Source of the DNA: the human T2T-CHM13v2.0 reference genome, Homo sapiens
Length of the DNA stretch: 64,000 nt
NCBI RefSeq assembly: GCF_009914755.1
Contig: NC_060941.1
Reading direction: 5' to 3' (one strand)
A program made the position numbers and the translations under genes. Below the pieces are notes generated by a model. That model did not search any database, had not been told where the DNA came from, and worked only from the letters and a program-made list of their open reading frames with translations. This document shows, one piece after another, positions 28,480 to 43,931 of the stretch (within the stretch, counting starts at the first letter, position 1; every line of letters begins with the position of its first letter).

Positions 28480-29748
28480 GGGGAGAGGGAAAAGAGGAGG
28501 AGAGAGGGAGCAAGGAAGGAGGGAGGAAAGGGGGAAGAGGAAAGGATGAAGAAGGAGGGAGGGAGGGGAACACACATTAAGCCAGTTTCTTTTTTCTCTC
28601 ACTTCAAGCATAGCTCAAAATCCATTCCACCACCCTAAGCCATTCCTCTCCATCCTGAGACTCAGGCTAAAAGCAGAGGCTGTGCCACAGTCCTTGCCAG
28701 GCCCAACCTGTTCCCCACTTGCAGGGAGCTCAGCCAGTGGTCTCTGACACAGGGGCCCAGGCTCCTCAGCTGTGATGGGGGGTCCTTCAGTGAAGGTAGG
28801 TGCCAAGTCCTGTCTGCCAACACAGTCACTCTGTCTCACACACCTACGGTTATTTGTCAAAGTATGTGACTGCTGTTGTGATTAATACGCTAGACGTCCA
28901 TTTAAAAGTGATACTGAACCTGTAGCAGCCCCTCGTCACTATGTTTTCTCAAACAGTGGTTGCTAAATAAACAACCACAAGCACATGGAGATCCCTGACT
29001 TTCCTGGGGAAAGGGGTCCTTGTGCTGGACAGGAGGGGACCTGGTCCCAGGTGGCCTGAGCCCGGGGCAGACCCTCACCCTTCCCTGGCCATTGCAGCTC
29101 CCGCCACTTCCTCGGTCCCATCCAGCAGCACTGGGTTTCCCTCCAGGAGCCCATGGATGGCAGCCGTGTGCTGGGCCAGAGGCCACATCTGGAATTCATT
29201 CTCTTCATTAAATTGGTGGCTGTTTCCCAAGCTCTGGCTCTCTTGATCCTCCCAAAGCCCTGTTCGTGCTGCTAACAAGGGCAGTAATTTGTTCATTAAA
29301 AACGGGACGCCTTCCCAACAGGCCTCCCTGGCTTCTGCCTCCCCTGGGGGAGGCGGGGTGTGGAGAGGGCGACAGCAATCCTTGGTCCCAGGATCAGAGC
29401 TGTCCCACCTAGGGGGACACCCAGGGCTTCTCTGGGGCAGAGCCTCACCTGCTCTGGTCACTCAGCCCCTAGCTCCCCAAGTGACTCCGATGGTGCCAGC
29501 AGACAGTGTGGGGAGAGGCCGACAAGAGCCCCTGCCAGCTCCTCTCCTGCTCTGCGACAGGGTGTTGTGGCCATCCAGTCGATGCGGACAACTTGATCTG
29601 GCATCAAGTCCCTGTGCAAACCACAGCCCATCAAGAGGCATTTATTGTTGTGAAAACAAACAGTCCCCTCCCCAGTGCCTGGTCCATCCTATCTCCACTC
29701 CCCACCGGATACCCTTTCCCTGTCCTTGGAGCAGCTCAGACGGACTAA

Positions 29749-30238
<490 letters not shown>

Positions 30239-30276
30239 TGATCTAAGTTTAAGCACATGGACCCTTTGAGGTGGCA

Positions 30277-31021
<745 letters not shown>

Positions 31022-31603
31022 GGTAGGTAGGTGAGTTGGCCACGTTTGGGAAACTGAGGCCCAGAAGTTGGAGTGCTTCACTCCAAGGTCACAAAAACAA
31101 GGCAGTGACACAACTGAGGCTGGAGTTGAGATCCCCACTCCCACTCCATGAATCCTCTGTGAGGCCCAGAGACTGAGAAGGAGCCCAGGCCTGCATGCCT
31201 CAGCCACTTTGTTAGGAAGAAAGCGAGGGCTGCGAGGCCTGGGCAGAGCAAGGACGGGGAGCCTCTTCCTCCATGGCATCCTCAGCTGCACACACAGACC
31301 TGTAACAGGGCCTTGGCAACAGTGCACCATCTCTGACTCAGTATCCAGGATTCTCTCATTCTTAGCAGAGTGCCGGCTGCCTGGCAGACACTAATAAATG
31401 AATACATGGATGGAAGAAAAAAAAAGTCTAAGTTCTTTTTTTTTTTTTTAATGAAGTTCCTTTGCAGAATCCTCCTTTTTTGATGCCAGATAGAAATAAA
31501 GTTGGATGACATTTTTCCCATTCTCAGTCTCTTAAATCCCAAGAAACCCACACAAGGAAATCTATGTTCGGGTCTGGGCACTGTCCTTAAGTGAGAATGT
31601 TGA

Positions 31604-32090
<487 letters not shown>

Positions 32091-32519
32091 TTGTGCTGGC
32101 CATAGGGGTGCACAGGTGAAGAGTCTCCAGGTCCCGGCCTCAGAGACCTCCCTACTTGGTGGAGAGTGAGGGGTTAGCAGATCAGTGTATCTATCCTGGA
32201 AGTGACCATTGCTGCCTGGCCATGCGGGCAGAGGCTGGCCCCCTGCGCTAGAGAGAGACTTCTGGGCCGGACTGAGAGGATTCATACTGACCGCCAATGT
32301 CCCTTCCCCTAGAAGATTCAAAAATGCTCTGGGCATCTATCACACTGATAAGTTGGAGAGACGACTCTTTTCTCCTCTGAAATGTAGCTAGCCTGGGTCC
32401 CAAGGTGATGCACACCCAGGGGAGCCTAGGATGCTACACCAGGCAGGACGGGCTTCCCAGTGTGCAGGGAGCTTGGGTCCCTGTAGCTCCCACTCTCAAC
32501 TCAGAATCTATAAACATGG

Positions 32520-32720
32520 CAGCAGCCACTTACGCTTCCCAGTTCTGTGCCAGGAACTTTTCAGTGATCCAGTTATAGCTTCTCCTTAAAGCTACGCTAC
32601 TAGAGAAGACATATTAGCCTTGCTTTAAAGACGAAACCAAGGCTTAGAGAGGTTAAGAAAGTTGCCAGGGGTCACACAGCTTGTGGGTGGCAAAGCTGGG
32701 CCTTCAACCTAGGCCTGTCT
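32520..32720 (-). mobile_element. MIR
   Basis: gaaaccaaggcttagagaggttaagaaagttgccaggggtcacacagct. Confidence 0.8.
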
Positions 32721-33479
32721 GGCTCCTTCTACAACACAGATCCTGGCACACCTGGAACCTTGTAAGGATGTCCCCAACTTGGGACACTTCCTGGGATCAG
32801 AGGTCAGCGGCCACAATGAGTGTCCTCTTAGCAGAGCCCTGGAGAAGAGGTGTCATAAAGAGGAGGATGGGGAGAGAGGGGGAAGCGCAGAACCCACCAA
32901 CGTCAGCTGGCAGGAGGACAATGCCTGTCTCAGAACCCAGGGCCAAATGGGCAGCAGATCCCCTGGAGATTGCCACGCGGAGGGAACGCCCGCGCCGGGC
33001 AGCGCCAGCGTCAGCCTTCCTGGCCAGGAGAGTGTTTATTTCCAGGGCGAGGCTAGGAGTGGTTTCCAGGTGGGGGTCCGTGGAAATAACGTGCTCACAC
33101 ACACTCTCTTGAGCGAACAGAGCCCCATTCAGCCTGTCCAGAGGAGCGGACCCGCAAAGCTCATGGCCTGCATTCCGGGCAGGGTGGAAAAGGCGATTCA
33201 GAGAGGAACGCCCAGTCAGAGCCAGCTCCTCCACCACCCCCTTGTCCTTCGCATCATCTCCCAGGAGGACAAAACAAACTCAGGGCACAGGGAAGGGACC
33301 TGGCACTCGGGATACCCCTGGTTTGCCAGGGAAGTCACCAGCCCACAAAACACGGCATTGCAACCACACATGACACTTTACATCCCCAAAGGCCGGTGGG
33401 CAGCTGGCTTAAAGGAACAAACAGTTGCTCTGGGATCTCCACTGCCACCTCCTGTTCCTTGCCCTGCTGAGCCCTGGGA

Positions 33480-34460
33480 CTAGAGAGGCAGGATGACAGC
33501 CAGGAGGCTGCTGCAACAGTCCAGGAGACCTTGGTGACCCAGCATGAGGAGTGCGGGGCTGAGGGGTGTGGAGAGAGAAAGGATAGCATTAGGGTTTCAG
33601 GCCTAAGCTAGTGTGCCAAGTGGGCCTCACAACAGGCATGTGGGTATAGAAATGAGGAGGCTCAGCTTGGGCGGTGGGGCTAAGGGAAGGACTGGAAGAC
33701 CACGCCGAGGTCCAGGAGGTCTGGAGCTCATCACAGCCATTGCAGCAGGCGTGGTGGGCGAGGATGCCATCAGCACAGTGATGGCAACTAAAGCCACGTG
33801 GGAGGGGGTTGGGGAACACTGGCACATATGCACATTTAGTGGACCACTGCGGGAGAGGAAGCCCCCAGTGGTCCTGGAAGGAGAGTTAGAGAGGCAACCC
33901 CAGAAGGCTGCAGTGTTCCTGAAAGCTGAGAAGAAAGGAGAGGCCACCACTGGGCAAGGCCAACTATGGGCAAGGGGGCAAGGCCGTAAGAGGGTCCCTC
34001 TGGTTTACCAACATGGAGATCACAGGCAACTTTGACCTTGAAGCTTCGAAAAAGGGATGAGGCCTGGGGTGATGTGGGCAGGCAATGAGGTGGGGGAAAG
34101 AGTGACGGCCCCTTCAAGAGGTTGAGTGAAGGAAAGATGTAGGGAAGAGGCCGGAGCAGTCAAGAGAAATTGCTAAGGTTTGAGGGACGTAGCAGGTCAG
34201 GCTGAGGGGAAAGACTTGGCAGAGAGAGAGGATGGAGGTCCAGGTGAGGGGGCGGGATCCAGGCTCAGGTGGAGGTCCGGCCTTGACCATAGGAAATGGG
34301 TGTGGAGAAGAAAGCACAGGGGGTGGAAAAAGTCTTGCTAGAAGGAAGGCTGGAATCCCGGAGATTCTCACTTGAGGGGTTCTTCATGTCTTGGAGAAGG
34401 CAGTTGGGGCCTTCAGCTAAGGAGAGGAGGGAGTGGAGAGGGTGGGAGAGATGGTAATAA
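33480..34460 (-). mobile_element. Highly degraded L2
   Basis: Purine-rich antisense L2-like motifs (ccaggaggctgctgcaacagtccaggag; gagggaagagttagag-like stretches). Confidence 0.45.
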
Positions 34461-36759
34461 TGACCCATAACTCCTGTGTCAGATTTTCCTGCTCTCCTTT
34501 CCTGAGTCAGCCCAGCATCACCTCCTCCAGGAAGGCCTCCTTGTTACCTAATCCTGGATGAGTTCCCTGTCACTCCTCCAAATTCGGGCAATACCCTGGT
34601 GTGCCTCCATGCACTGACCTTGGCACCGGGATGACCTGTTTGGGTTCCTCACTAACTATGAGCATGTGCCAAGAGATCGGATGCACGTATACAACACCAG
34701 CCCTTTGTGGCACGCTCAGCACGTAATAAGCGCTCAAAATGCTTGCTGAGTGACTGGCAGATCGGTAGTCCCTTCTCTGGACTCAGCCTCCTGCTCTTCA
34801 CCAAGCCCGGGAAAGCTGACACCCCATTTCCCTGACTGCCCAGCAAGACCACAGCAAACTGTAGAGTTTGGTTTTTTCCTTCCTGTGTTTTAAGGAAAAT
34901 AAGAAAAAAAAAACCCCACTCATACCAAACAAACAAAATGAGATGGCCTTGTTGACGTGCTGATGGGATCTCACTAGCAGAGATGGGGCTGTGTTGGTTT
35001 TCTTTTGCAAAGATTCTATTTATTTTGTAGGGTGCTTGGAGGGGCACACCATGCTTGTTGCTTATTATTACTTTTTGCTTCACATCTTGACTAGCACAAT
35101 GGACTCATGATGAAAAGAGGCTGACGTTCTCAGGGGCAGCAGCAGGAGCCCAGAAGCTGGTGAGAGGCAGCTCCCTAGGGAAGCTGGGCTGGGCAGGAGC
35201 TCCCTGGGGAAGCTGGGTGGGGCAGGGCCCCCCTCCCGGAAAGATGGATGGGGCAGGGGCTCTGGGTGGTCTGCTGAGCCCCTCCTCTGAGGGGGGGCAG
35301 GGCAGGTGCTTATGGGTGCTGGGGCTGGTGAGTAAATGCTGGAAGGGGCTTTCAGGAGGTAAGAAAACAACATCAGCTGCCACCTCCTCAGAGCCTGGTA
35401 TGGGCAGGGTCCTCTCCTATTTTACCCGCACCATCTGTAACCCTTACGACAGCCACGAAGGCGGGTTTCACCGTTTCTACTCCACAGATGAGGCTCAATG
35501 AGTTGTCATAAATCGACAAACGTGCTGTGGCTGGTGAATGGTGAAATTAGGTTCAAACCCAGGTTTGGTTCCCTGCAGAGCCTGTTTTCTTTTGGAAAGT
35601 CACGATCGACTCTATCCATGGAGAAAAAGCCACTATCCACCCCATCCACGCAGAATCCAGATTTTCAGTTCCGAGAATGGAGAGGGGAAGGGAACAGGCT
35701 CTATTAGTCACGGAAACATATTCTCCATTCTGGGAGTGGTGACATAGTGGGTGAGAAGGGGTGCAGATCAGGCGGAGGGAAAGCTTCCCATGGCATGCTG
35801 AGTGGAGCAGCTCAGTCAATGACTGAACCAGAAGGGTGGTTTTCCAGGCTTCCAAGATGGAAAAGCATTGGAATGGCCCAAGAGCCAATGCTTCTTGAGG
35901 GTCTCCAATATTCAAGCTAGACCATGAGGCTGGACAGGCAAGGGAGACAGTCCCTTCCTCCCTCATTCATTCCTACCCCTTTCATGAGTGGCCTCTTTGT
36001 CCCATGCTCCCTGGGAGAAATGTGTCCTCAAGAAGAGGCAACTACTGATTCAAGTGCCAAATAAGTGGTGTGGACAACAAGTGGTCAAGAGGACTTCACA
36101 GGATCCTCCAGATCTCTAAGGAGGAAGAGAGGAGTTGTCCTCACCACCACAGCCTTGCTGAGAAGAGGCCCTAGCAGGCAGCTGTAGAAAAGCACAGCTG
36201 AGACGTCCACTCTGATCAACCAGTGCGATTGGCACATATCTTAGCTGGGACCTGGCCTGAGAGCAGGGAGAGGCCCACACGCACTCATTTCTTCATTCAA
36301 CTGTGTGTGTGTGTTCAGCACCTGTCATGTACCAGGCCCTCATCCGGGCATTTGGGATCTACCGGGGGACCCTTAAGACAAAGATTGCTGCCCCTGGGGA
36401 GCTCATGAAAAAAAGCAAAACGCTGAGCCAGGGAAGGGGTCTCGGGTGGGAGAGCAGGTGTCAGGAGTAGGCTACGGTGTTCAGTTTGGGAGGTGGGCCA
36501 GACCCCACTGAGGAGGTGACACTGAGCCAAGGAGTCACCTGGGGTGCAGCATTGAGGGCAGCCAGATCTGCACACCCCAAGGTTTTCCAGAAGGGGTTGC
36601 AGGGCAGGCTTGGGAGACAGAACAGAGGCCACACGGCTGGAAAGCAACAGAGAGTCGGATCTCGGGGACCTCCTAAGCTTCTGTAGAAAAGGCTTTTACT
36701 CTGAGGGTTTTACGCTGCAGGCTTTTGAGCGAAGGACACATGCTCTGACTTCTGTGTGC

Positions 36760-37742
<983 letters not shown>

Positions 37743-39529
37743 TAAAGGATCACCGTGGCTACTGTCTATTGTGAGGAGGTGACTGCAGTGGCTCAGGACA
37801 AAGATGATGGTGGCTGGCACCGTGTCGCAGCGGAGAAGGATGATGAGAAGCAACTGAACTCTACATATACGAATCAAATATCTTCCGTTAATCAGATTCT
37901 TCTATTGGCTTAGATGTGGGGTGTAAGAGAAAGAGTCAAGGGTTAGCCTTGAGGTTTGGGCTGCAGATCACTGCATCTTGGCATTGACCTCAGTAAAGCC
38001 TGGGAAGGCCGCTGGAGGAAAGCCTTTTTGGGGAAGATCAGGAGTTTGCAAGACCTTGTGTGTGTTCAGTTGGGATGACTTGGTCATCAAAGTGAATGCA
38101 GTGTTGGAGAGATAAGCCTGGAGTGTGAGAGATGGGTCTGGGCTGGAGGGAATACACATGGGTATCGCAGGCAGAGGTTGGATGAGATCACCAAGGGGTG
38201 GGTACTCATGGAAAGGAGGAGAGAGCCCAGAACTGAGTCCAGAACGCCCTGACATCAGAGGCTGGACCAGGAGGAGGAGCCAGCAAGAAAGGCACCAAAC
38301 TGAGAGCCAGCCAAGAGAAGACCACGATGGACCTAGTCGCAGGGCTGAGAACCAGCCCCAGCAGAGCAGCTTCAGTGGAAGCCCGACTGGGTTTAAGACA
38401 GAAAGGGAAGACAGGAATTAGAGACAGGGGCATTAGCAACTTTTTCATGACATTTTGCTGCAAAGGGAGCAAAGACATGCAGTGGAAGCTGACAGGGAAA
38501 ACGGCTCAAGAGAAGGTTTGTTTTTTCAAGATGGGAGAAATCACAAAGCATTTCTCTGCTAATGGGAATGACTTTCAAGGGAGGTAATGGGTACCCTCTT
38601 ACCTACGTGCAGTTTACAAGAGTTCTCCAGGGTCTCTCCAAATCCCAAAGGAGCCAAAGCACAGGAGGGAGGGAGGGAACTGCTGGGGCCAAAGTGGGAA
38701 AGAGAAGTTGCATGAGAACCTCCAGAAAACCTCGAGAGCCCCCAGGGCCCAAGGAGACAGAGTCCCTGCTGGCCATGTCCCTCCCATTCCAGCAATCAAC
38801 AGGCAGCTGTCAGGAGACAAAAACAGCTCACTGGAGCAAGGGCTGGGACTGGTAGTAGGTGCGGAGCTCAGCCAGGCAGCTGCACGGGAAACAGGTGTCC
38901 TGCTGAACAAGATGGAAGCAGGGTCCCCCACAAATGCTTGTGCAGCCCATCAGCCCCACGGAGACATGGGGAAGACACCCCGTCTTTCTCCTCCACGTCC
39001 CTGGGGAGATGACACTGGTCTCGGGGAGACACTAAAAGCCTAGGATGCTTTGGACTCATTGTTCTCCAGGGATCCCCAGTCAGAGGGGCTGAAGCTCCCT
39101 GAAAGTATACCCTAAAAGTTGTGTGCCCATGCACAGGCATGTGACTGGGGAGGAAACCCGTAGGTTTCATCAGCTCTTCGAAGGGGACTATATCCTCAGG
39201 AGAGATGCGGAGGCCCAGCCAGTCACTTAGGGCACCCCGAAATGCACCTTTTGCCCTGCTCCAAGCTCAAAAGCTGCTTGCCCCATCCCAGACACTGCAG
39301 AAAGGGGGAAAAAAATCAATCAACTGACCATTTTGTTCTCAGCCTGAATTTTGGCCCAGCACGCATTCCAAGTGGCTGCAAATCCCAGTGACAGCATGCA
39401 TGACGCTTGGTATCTGGGTCACTCACTGGGGATCTGACTCACAGGACTGCTTCACTGCAGCCACAAGACGGCCAGGAGAGCCCATGGCATTGCTAATTTC
39501 CCCCACAGTAGCCACGAGGGAGGCGGGGA

Positions 39530-39790
39530 GTGAGTATGTGTGCATGTTTATGTGTGCAACTGGTGTTTCTGTGTGTGCATGTGTTTTCTGTGTGTAAGGC
39601 ATGTGTGTAATGTGTGTCTGTGTGTGTTAGGTGTGCCCAGGAAGGATGGAGAGGGTGTGTGAGCATATGTATCTATATATGTGTGTTCATGTATATATCT
39701 ATGCATTTGGTATGTGTACAAGTGGAGGAGTGTATGTGTGGTGTGCGTGTGCGTGTGTGTGTGTGTGTGTGTATGAGAGACAGAGAGATG
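39530..39790. repeat. Degenerate (TG)n simple repeat
   Basis: Directly visible. Confidence 0.9.
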
Positions 39791-41115
39791 GAGGGTCAGA
39801 CAGGAGTATGGAGACCAAGAGAACATGGGGGCCTGTGCCCCCCACCTCCCAGTTCTCAGAATGAACACAAGGATCTGTCAGAAATGTTATAGAATGTTCT
39901 GAAGGATGTGAAGTCAGCTACAGGTCTTAATACTGTATTCTCTGCACAGTCTGAAATTGCATTTTGCTAGAAATCCAAGTCATCGTGCCCTAGGTCGTGC
40001 TGCGATTTTGCAAGAGACCAGGGGCTCCGAGGGGTTGTGGTGCCACGCAGGCTCACACAGCTCTGAGGGTCAAAGACTTCTGGTTCTCTCCCAGGAGGGG
40101 GATTTAGAATCTCACTTTCTCTCCTTTTATCCCACTCTCTCTCTCTCTGCCCCCACTGCTGATGGACAAAGACCCCTCACCCAAGTTCAGCCTCTGGCTC
40201 TGTCCTCTCCTTTCCTGGCACTTTCTACAGAGAACCATGATGAAGCCAGCGTCCTCTCTCTGGCAGGGTCAGGGACTGCTCTGACCAGTGTGGAGCACGC
40301 CCCAGGGCCACTCAGAGGCCTCCAGGAGGCCAGGCTATGGCATAGCAAGGCTGGGGCCCACCTCTGTGGCCCCTCCTTGCTGGACGCCCAAGTCCCCCTG
40401 GGAGAGGTGCCCTGGGGGGACCCCAACACCTTGGCTGGGTGTGTGCTTCCCTAGTTCCCCTGTGGCCTCTGCTCACATGGTAAGTGGAATGAGCACGGCC
40501 TCATGGAGGCCTGAGTTTGAGCCTGTGACCTGCAGAGGCTTTCCCAGCCTCAGTTTCCCCACCTTCCCTCATGGCCAGTCATGCTGCTTCCCAGCAAGTT
40601 AGGGTGCAGTGAGAGGGTCCCTTGCCCCCACCCCAGCTCTGTAAGGCCTACCCACTCCACGCTCCTCCTATTGGGACCCACGTCCTTGCCAGCTTTGGAG
40701 CAGGCAGTCCAGCCCAGCTTCTGCCCGGCCCCTGCCCCTGCAGCCAAGCTGGAGGGAGTCGCCACCAGAGCCCAGGGTCAGATGAAAGTATCTCCCGGCT
40801 CTGGGCTTGGACAGAAACTGATGCCCAACTCTGCGTGGGGAAGGGGAGAAGCAGGACCCCAACGTGTGCTGATGGTCACAGAGACTGTAAGTACCACAGA
40901 CACTTTCCCTGTCTCAGGAGGGAGCCCACATTACCCATCAGCCGCCAGGGAAGTCTCCCCACAGTACAGTTGTGAATTAAACATGTGGCCTAATGAGTTG
41001 ATTTTATTAGTTTGCAAACGCATTGAGAACTCGTTATGAAAATAAACAGCAATTCCTTTCACCCCCGCTGCAGCCTCTTCAAGCGAGGAAAGATAAATGC
41101 AAGTACACCACAGTG

Positions 41116-41377
41116 GTGGCCCAGCTGCACCCGGGCTGCAGGCCGGCCCCCCACGGTCCCCCACCCTCACGGGGTCCCTGTGACCCAGCTGCACCTGGGC
41201 TGCAGGCTGGCCCCGCATGGTCCCCTACCCTCATCGGGTCACTGTGACCCAGCTGCACCTGGGCTGCAGGCTGGCCCCGCACAGTCCCCACCCTCACCGG
41301 GTCCCTGTGGCCCAGCTGCACCTAGGCTGCAGGCTGGCCTCCCAAGGTCCCCTACCCTCACTGGGTCCTTGTGGCCC
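41116..41377. repeat. 63-64 bp GC-rich minisatellite, ~4 copies
   Basis: cccagctgcacctgggctgcaggctggcc...accctca..gggtc repeated with periods 64, 63, 64. Confidence 0.95.
41237..41249. promoter_or_regulatory. Perfect consensus estrogen response element GGTCActgTGACC
   Basis: Exact match to GGTCAnnnTGACC; function untested. Confidence 0.5.
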
Positions 41378-41548
41378 TGCCGGGGTGAGGGTAGAAGAGG
41401 AGGCCAAGGGAAGGGAGTTCTGCAGCGGACAAGCCCAGGGTGGCAGCCTGAGGGTCCCGGCTTCCCCATTCTGACCCCTTCAGAACTTGGGGGCGGTGGC
41501 AAAATGAGAAGCCCAGAGAGCCAAATAATAATAATAATAGTAACAGTA

Positions 41549-41882
<334 letters not shown>

Positions 41883-43380
41883 TTAGTATACACCAGGCTC
41901 TGTGTGACATGCTGTCTGATCTGCCACCAACCCTGTGGGGTGGGAAACACGGTCCCATTTTATAGATGAACAAACACACCAAGGTCCTGCTCAAGTTGAT
42001 GCGGGAGGAATGAGGAGCACAAAGCGGCACGAGAGATTTTCATTTCAGGAGACTTTCTCCTGCAGCGCTAAGTGAGGCCCGGGTTAGAGACAGCAAGACT
42101 AGTTTTCCCTGAAAAAGATCTCCATAATCCTGTGGCTGGGCAGGGGGCAGGAAGATGGACAAGCTGACCTTTGGAGGAGCCAAGGGGCCCTCCACGACTC
42201 CAAGCCCCGTCTCCCTGGAGACGCCAATGAGCAGCCGGCTCACCTCGCTCCCTCCCCCTCTGCTCTCCCCACCCCCGCCCTCCAGGTCCCCCTGGCCCCA
42301 GGCCCCTGGAGAGAGATGGTTCCAGGCTGGCGGAATTAGCCGTGAAGCCAGCAGGACAGGCACCGTATTGTCACGCTCTGCCATCCGTGCTCTCTTTGGA
42401 AAGGATGTTCTAATCCCATTTCATCCGCTTTCCATGGCTGTCAGCTGTTTGCAGGCATTTGGGAGGCAGGTTTCTGAAATCGGAGCCACTGTGCGGCCCC
42501 ACCCCCACCCCCAGCCCCCTCCCCCTACATATGCTCATCCATCAGTCTTGCTGGCCGGACCCCTTTGTTGGCCGGCCAACCCCCATCCAGTGGCACGTAG
42601 GGCCTCACGCCCCTCCCAGCTGCCCCACCTCTTCTATTTTGGGTCCACAGCAGGACAGGCCTGGGATGCCTCAGCCAAGCCCCCTGCGATGAGGAGGGGG
42701 ACAGGGAAGGGGGAGCCGTGGAGAGGGGCCTCTCAGATTCCACAGGGAAGGAATTAGCCAAGTGTCAGCTACTTTCTGCAAATGAAGAGAGAGAGAAGGA
42801 GGACCTTTGAGCAGTCAAAGGACCAGTGCTCCTTAATTCAATTTATCTTCCACAGTGCAGCCAGAGAGATCTAGCTATTAAAACAAAAACAAAAGAAAAC
42901 ACCACTGCTCCTCACCCCTTTGGAGTACGAGATCTGGACAACAGAGTCCAGTTTTCCCAGACTGGCCCACTGGGCCTCCCTGCCGGCCCCTGCCCTTCCC
43001 CAGCCCTCGCTCCCTCCCCCTCCCCTCCCACTGCTGTACTTCATACTCAGCTGCTTTTCATTTCCCAAGCATGCCAGGGCCCTTGCAGCCTCTAGGCCTT
43101 TGCCCTGGCTGCTCACTCACTTAGCCTGGAAAGTACCCCCACCTTCTGTGGCAGGCCTGGTTCTTGCCTCGCTTTACAGTTAAGTGCAGGAAGGGGTCTC
43201 GCTCTTCCAGAAAGCTTCTCGAACCCGAGGATGGACCACGTTTCCTGCCCTGCCTCGGTTTCCTAAAGGACTTGATGACACCTCTTTCTTAGCCCTTGAT
43301 TTAAACATCATATTGGATTTACCTGCTTATACTCGTTTCCCCCTAGATGACTGTGAGTCAGGCTAGACTGGAGGTTGGGG

Positions 43381-43401
43381 AAACATGTCCTGGGCATGTT
43401 T
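43381..43401. promoter_or_regulatory. p53/p63/p73-type response element (AAACATGTCC t GGGCATGTTT)
   Basis: Two perfect RRRCWWGYYY half-sites with a 1-bp spacer; function untested. Confidence 0.45.
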
Positions 43402-43416
43402 GAAAGACACTTTGTA

Positions 43417-43931
43417 TGTTGGGTACACAGCGACACAAAGATGGGAACAAAAGACACTGGGGGACAAGGATTGAAAAGGGGGAGGGAGGGAGGGGCATAA
43501 GGATTGAAAAGGCGGAGGGAGGGAGGGGCACAAGGATTGAAAAGGGGGAGGGAGGGGGACAAAGATTGAAAAGGGGGAGGGAGGGGGACAAAGTTTGAAA
43601 AGGGGGAGGGAGGGAGGGGCACAAGGATTGAAAAGGGGGAGGGAGGGAGGGGGACAAGGATTGAAAAGGGGGAGGGAGGGAGGGGGACAAGGATTGAAAA
43701 GGGGGAGGGAGGGAGGGGGACAAGGATTGAAAAGGGGAAAGGAGGGAGGGGCATAAGGATTGAAAAGGCGGAGGGAGGGAGGGGGACAAGGATTGAAAAA
43801 CTACCTATCAGGTACTAGGTTCCCTTTTTGGGTGACAGCATGGTTAGAAGCGCAAACCTCAGCATCACACAATATATCCAGGTAACAAACCCGCATGTGT
43901 GTCCCCTGAATAGAAGATAAAAAAAAAAAAA
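43417..43931 (+). mobile_element. 5'-truncated older primate L1 (L1PA13-16/L1PB-like) 3' end
   Basis: gggtacaca...gacacaaagatgggaacaaaagacactgggg...gaaaaactacctat...aaacctcagcatcacacaatatatccaggtaacaaacc...poly-A; TSD aaagacactttgta/aaagaaagtttgta. Confidence 0.85.
43459..43800. repeat. ~33-bp G-rich minisatellite (ggggacaaggattgaaaaggggggagggaggga), ~11 copies
   Basis: aaggattgaaaa recurs mostly at 33-bp spacing, with two shorter units. Confidence 0.95.

Noticed and set aside
32779-33483. 234-aa ORF overlapping the CpG patch
   Set aside because: Non-ATG start, no domain; overlapping ORFs in several frames indicate simple stop-codon scarcity.
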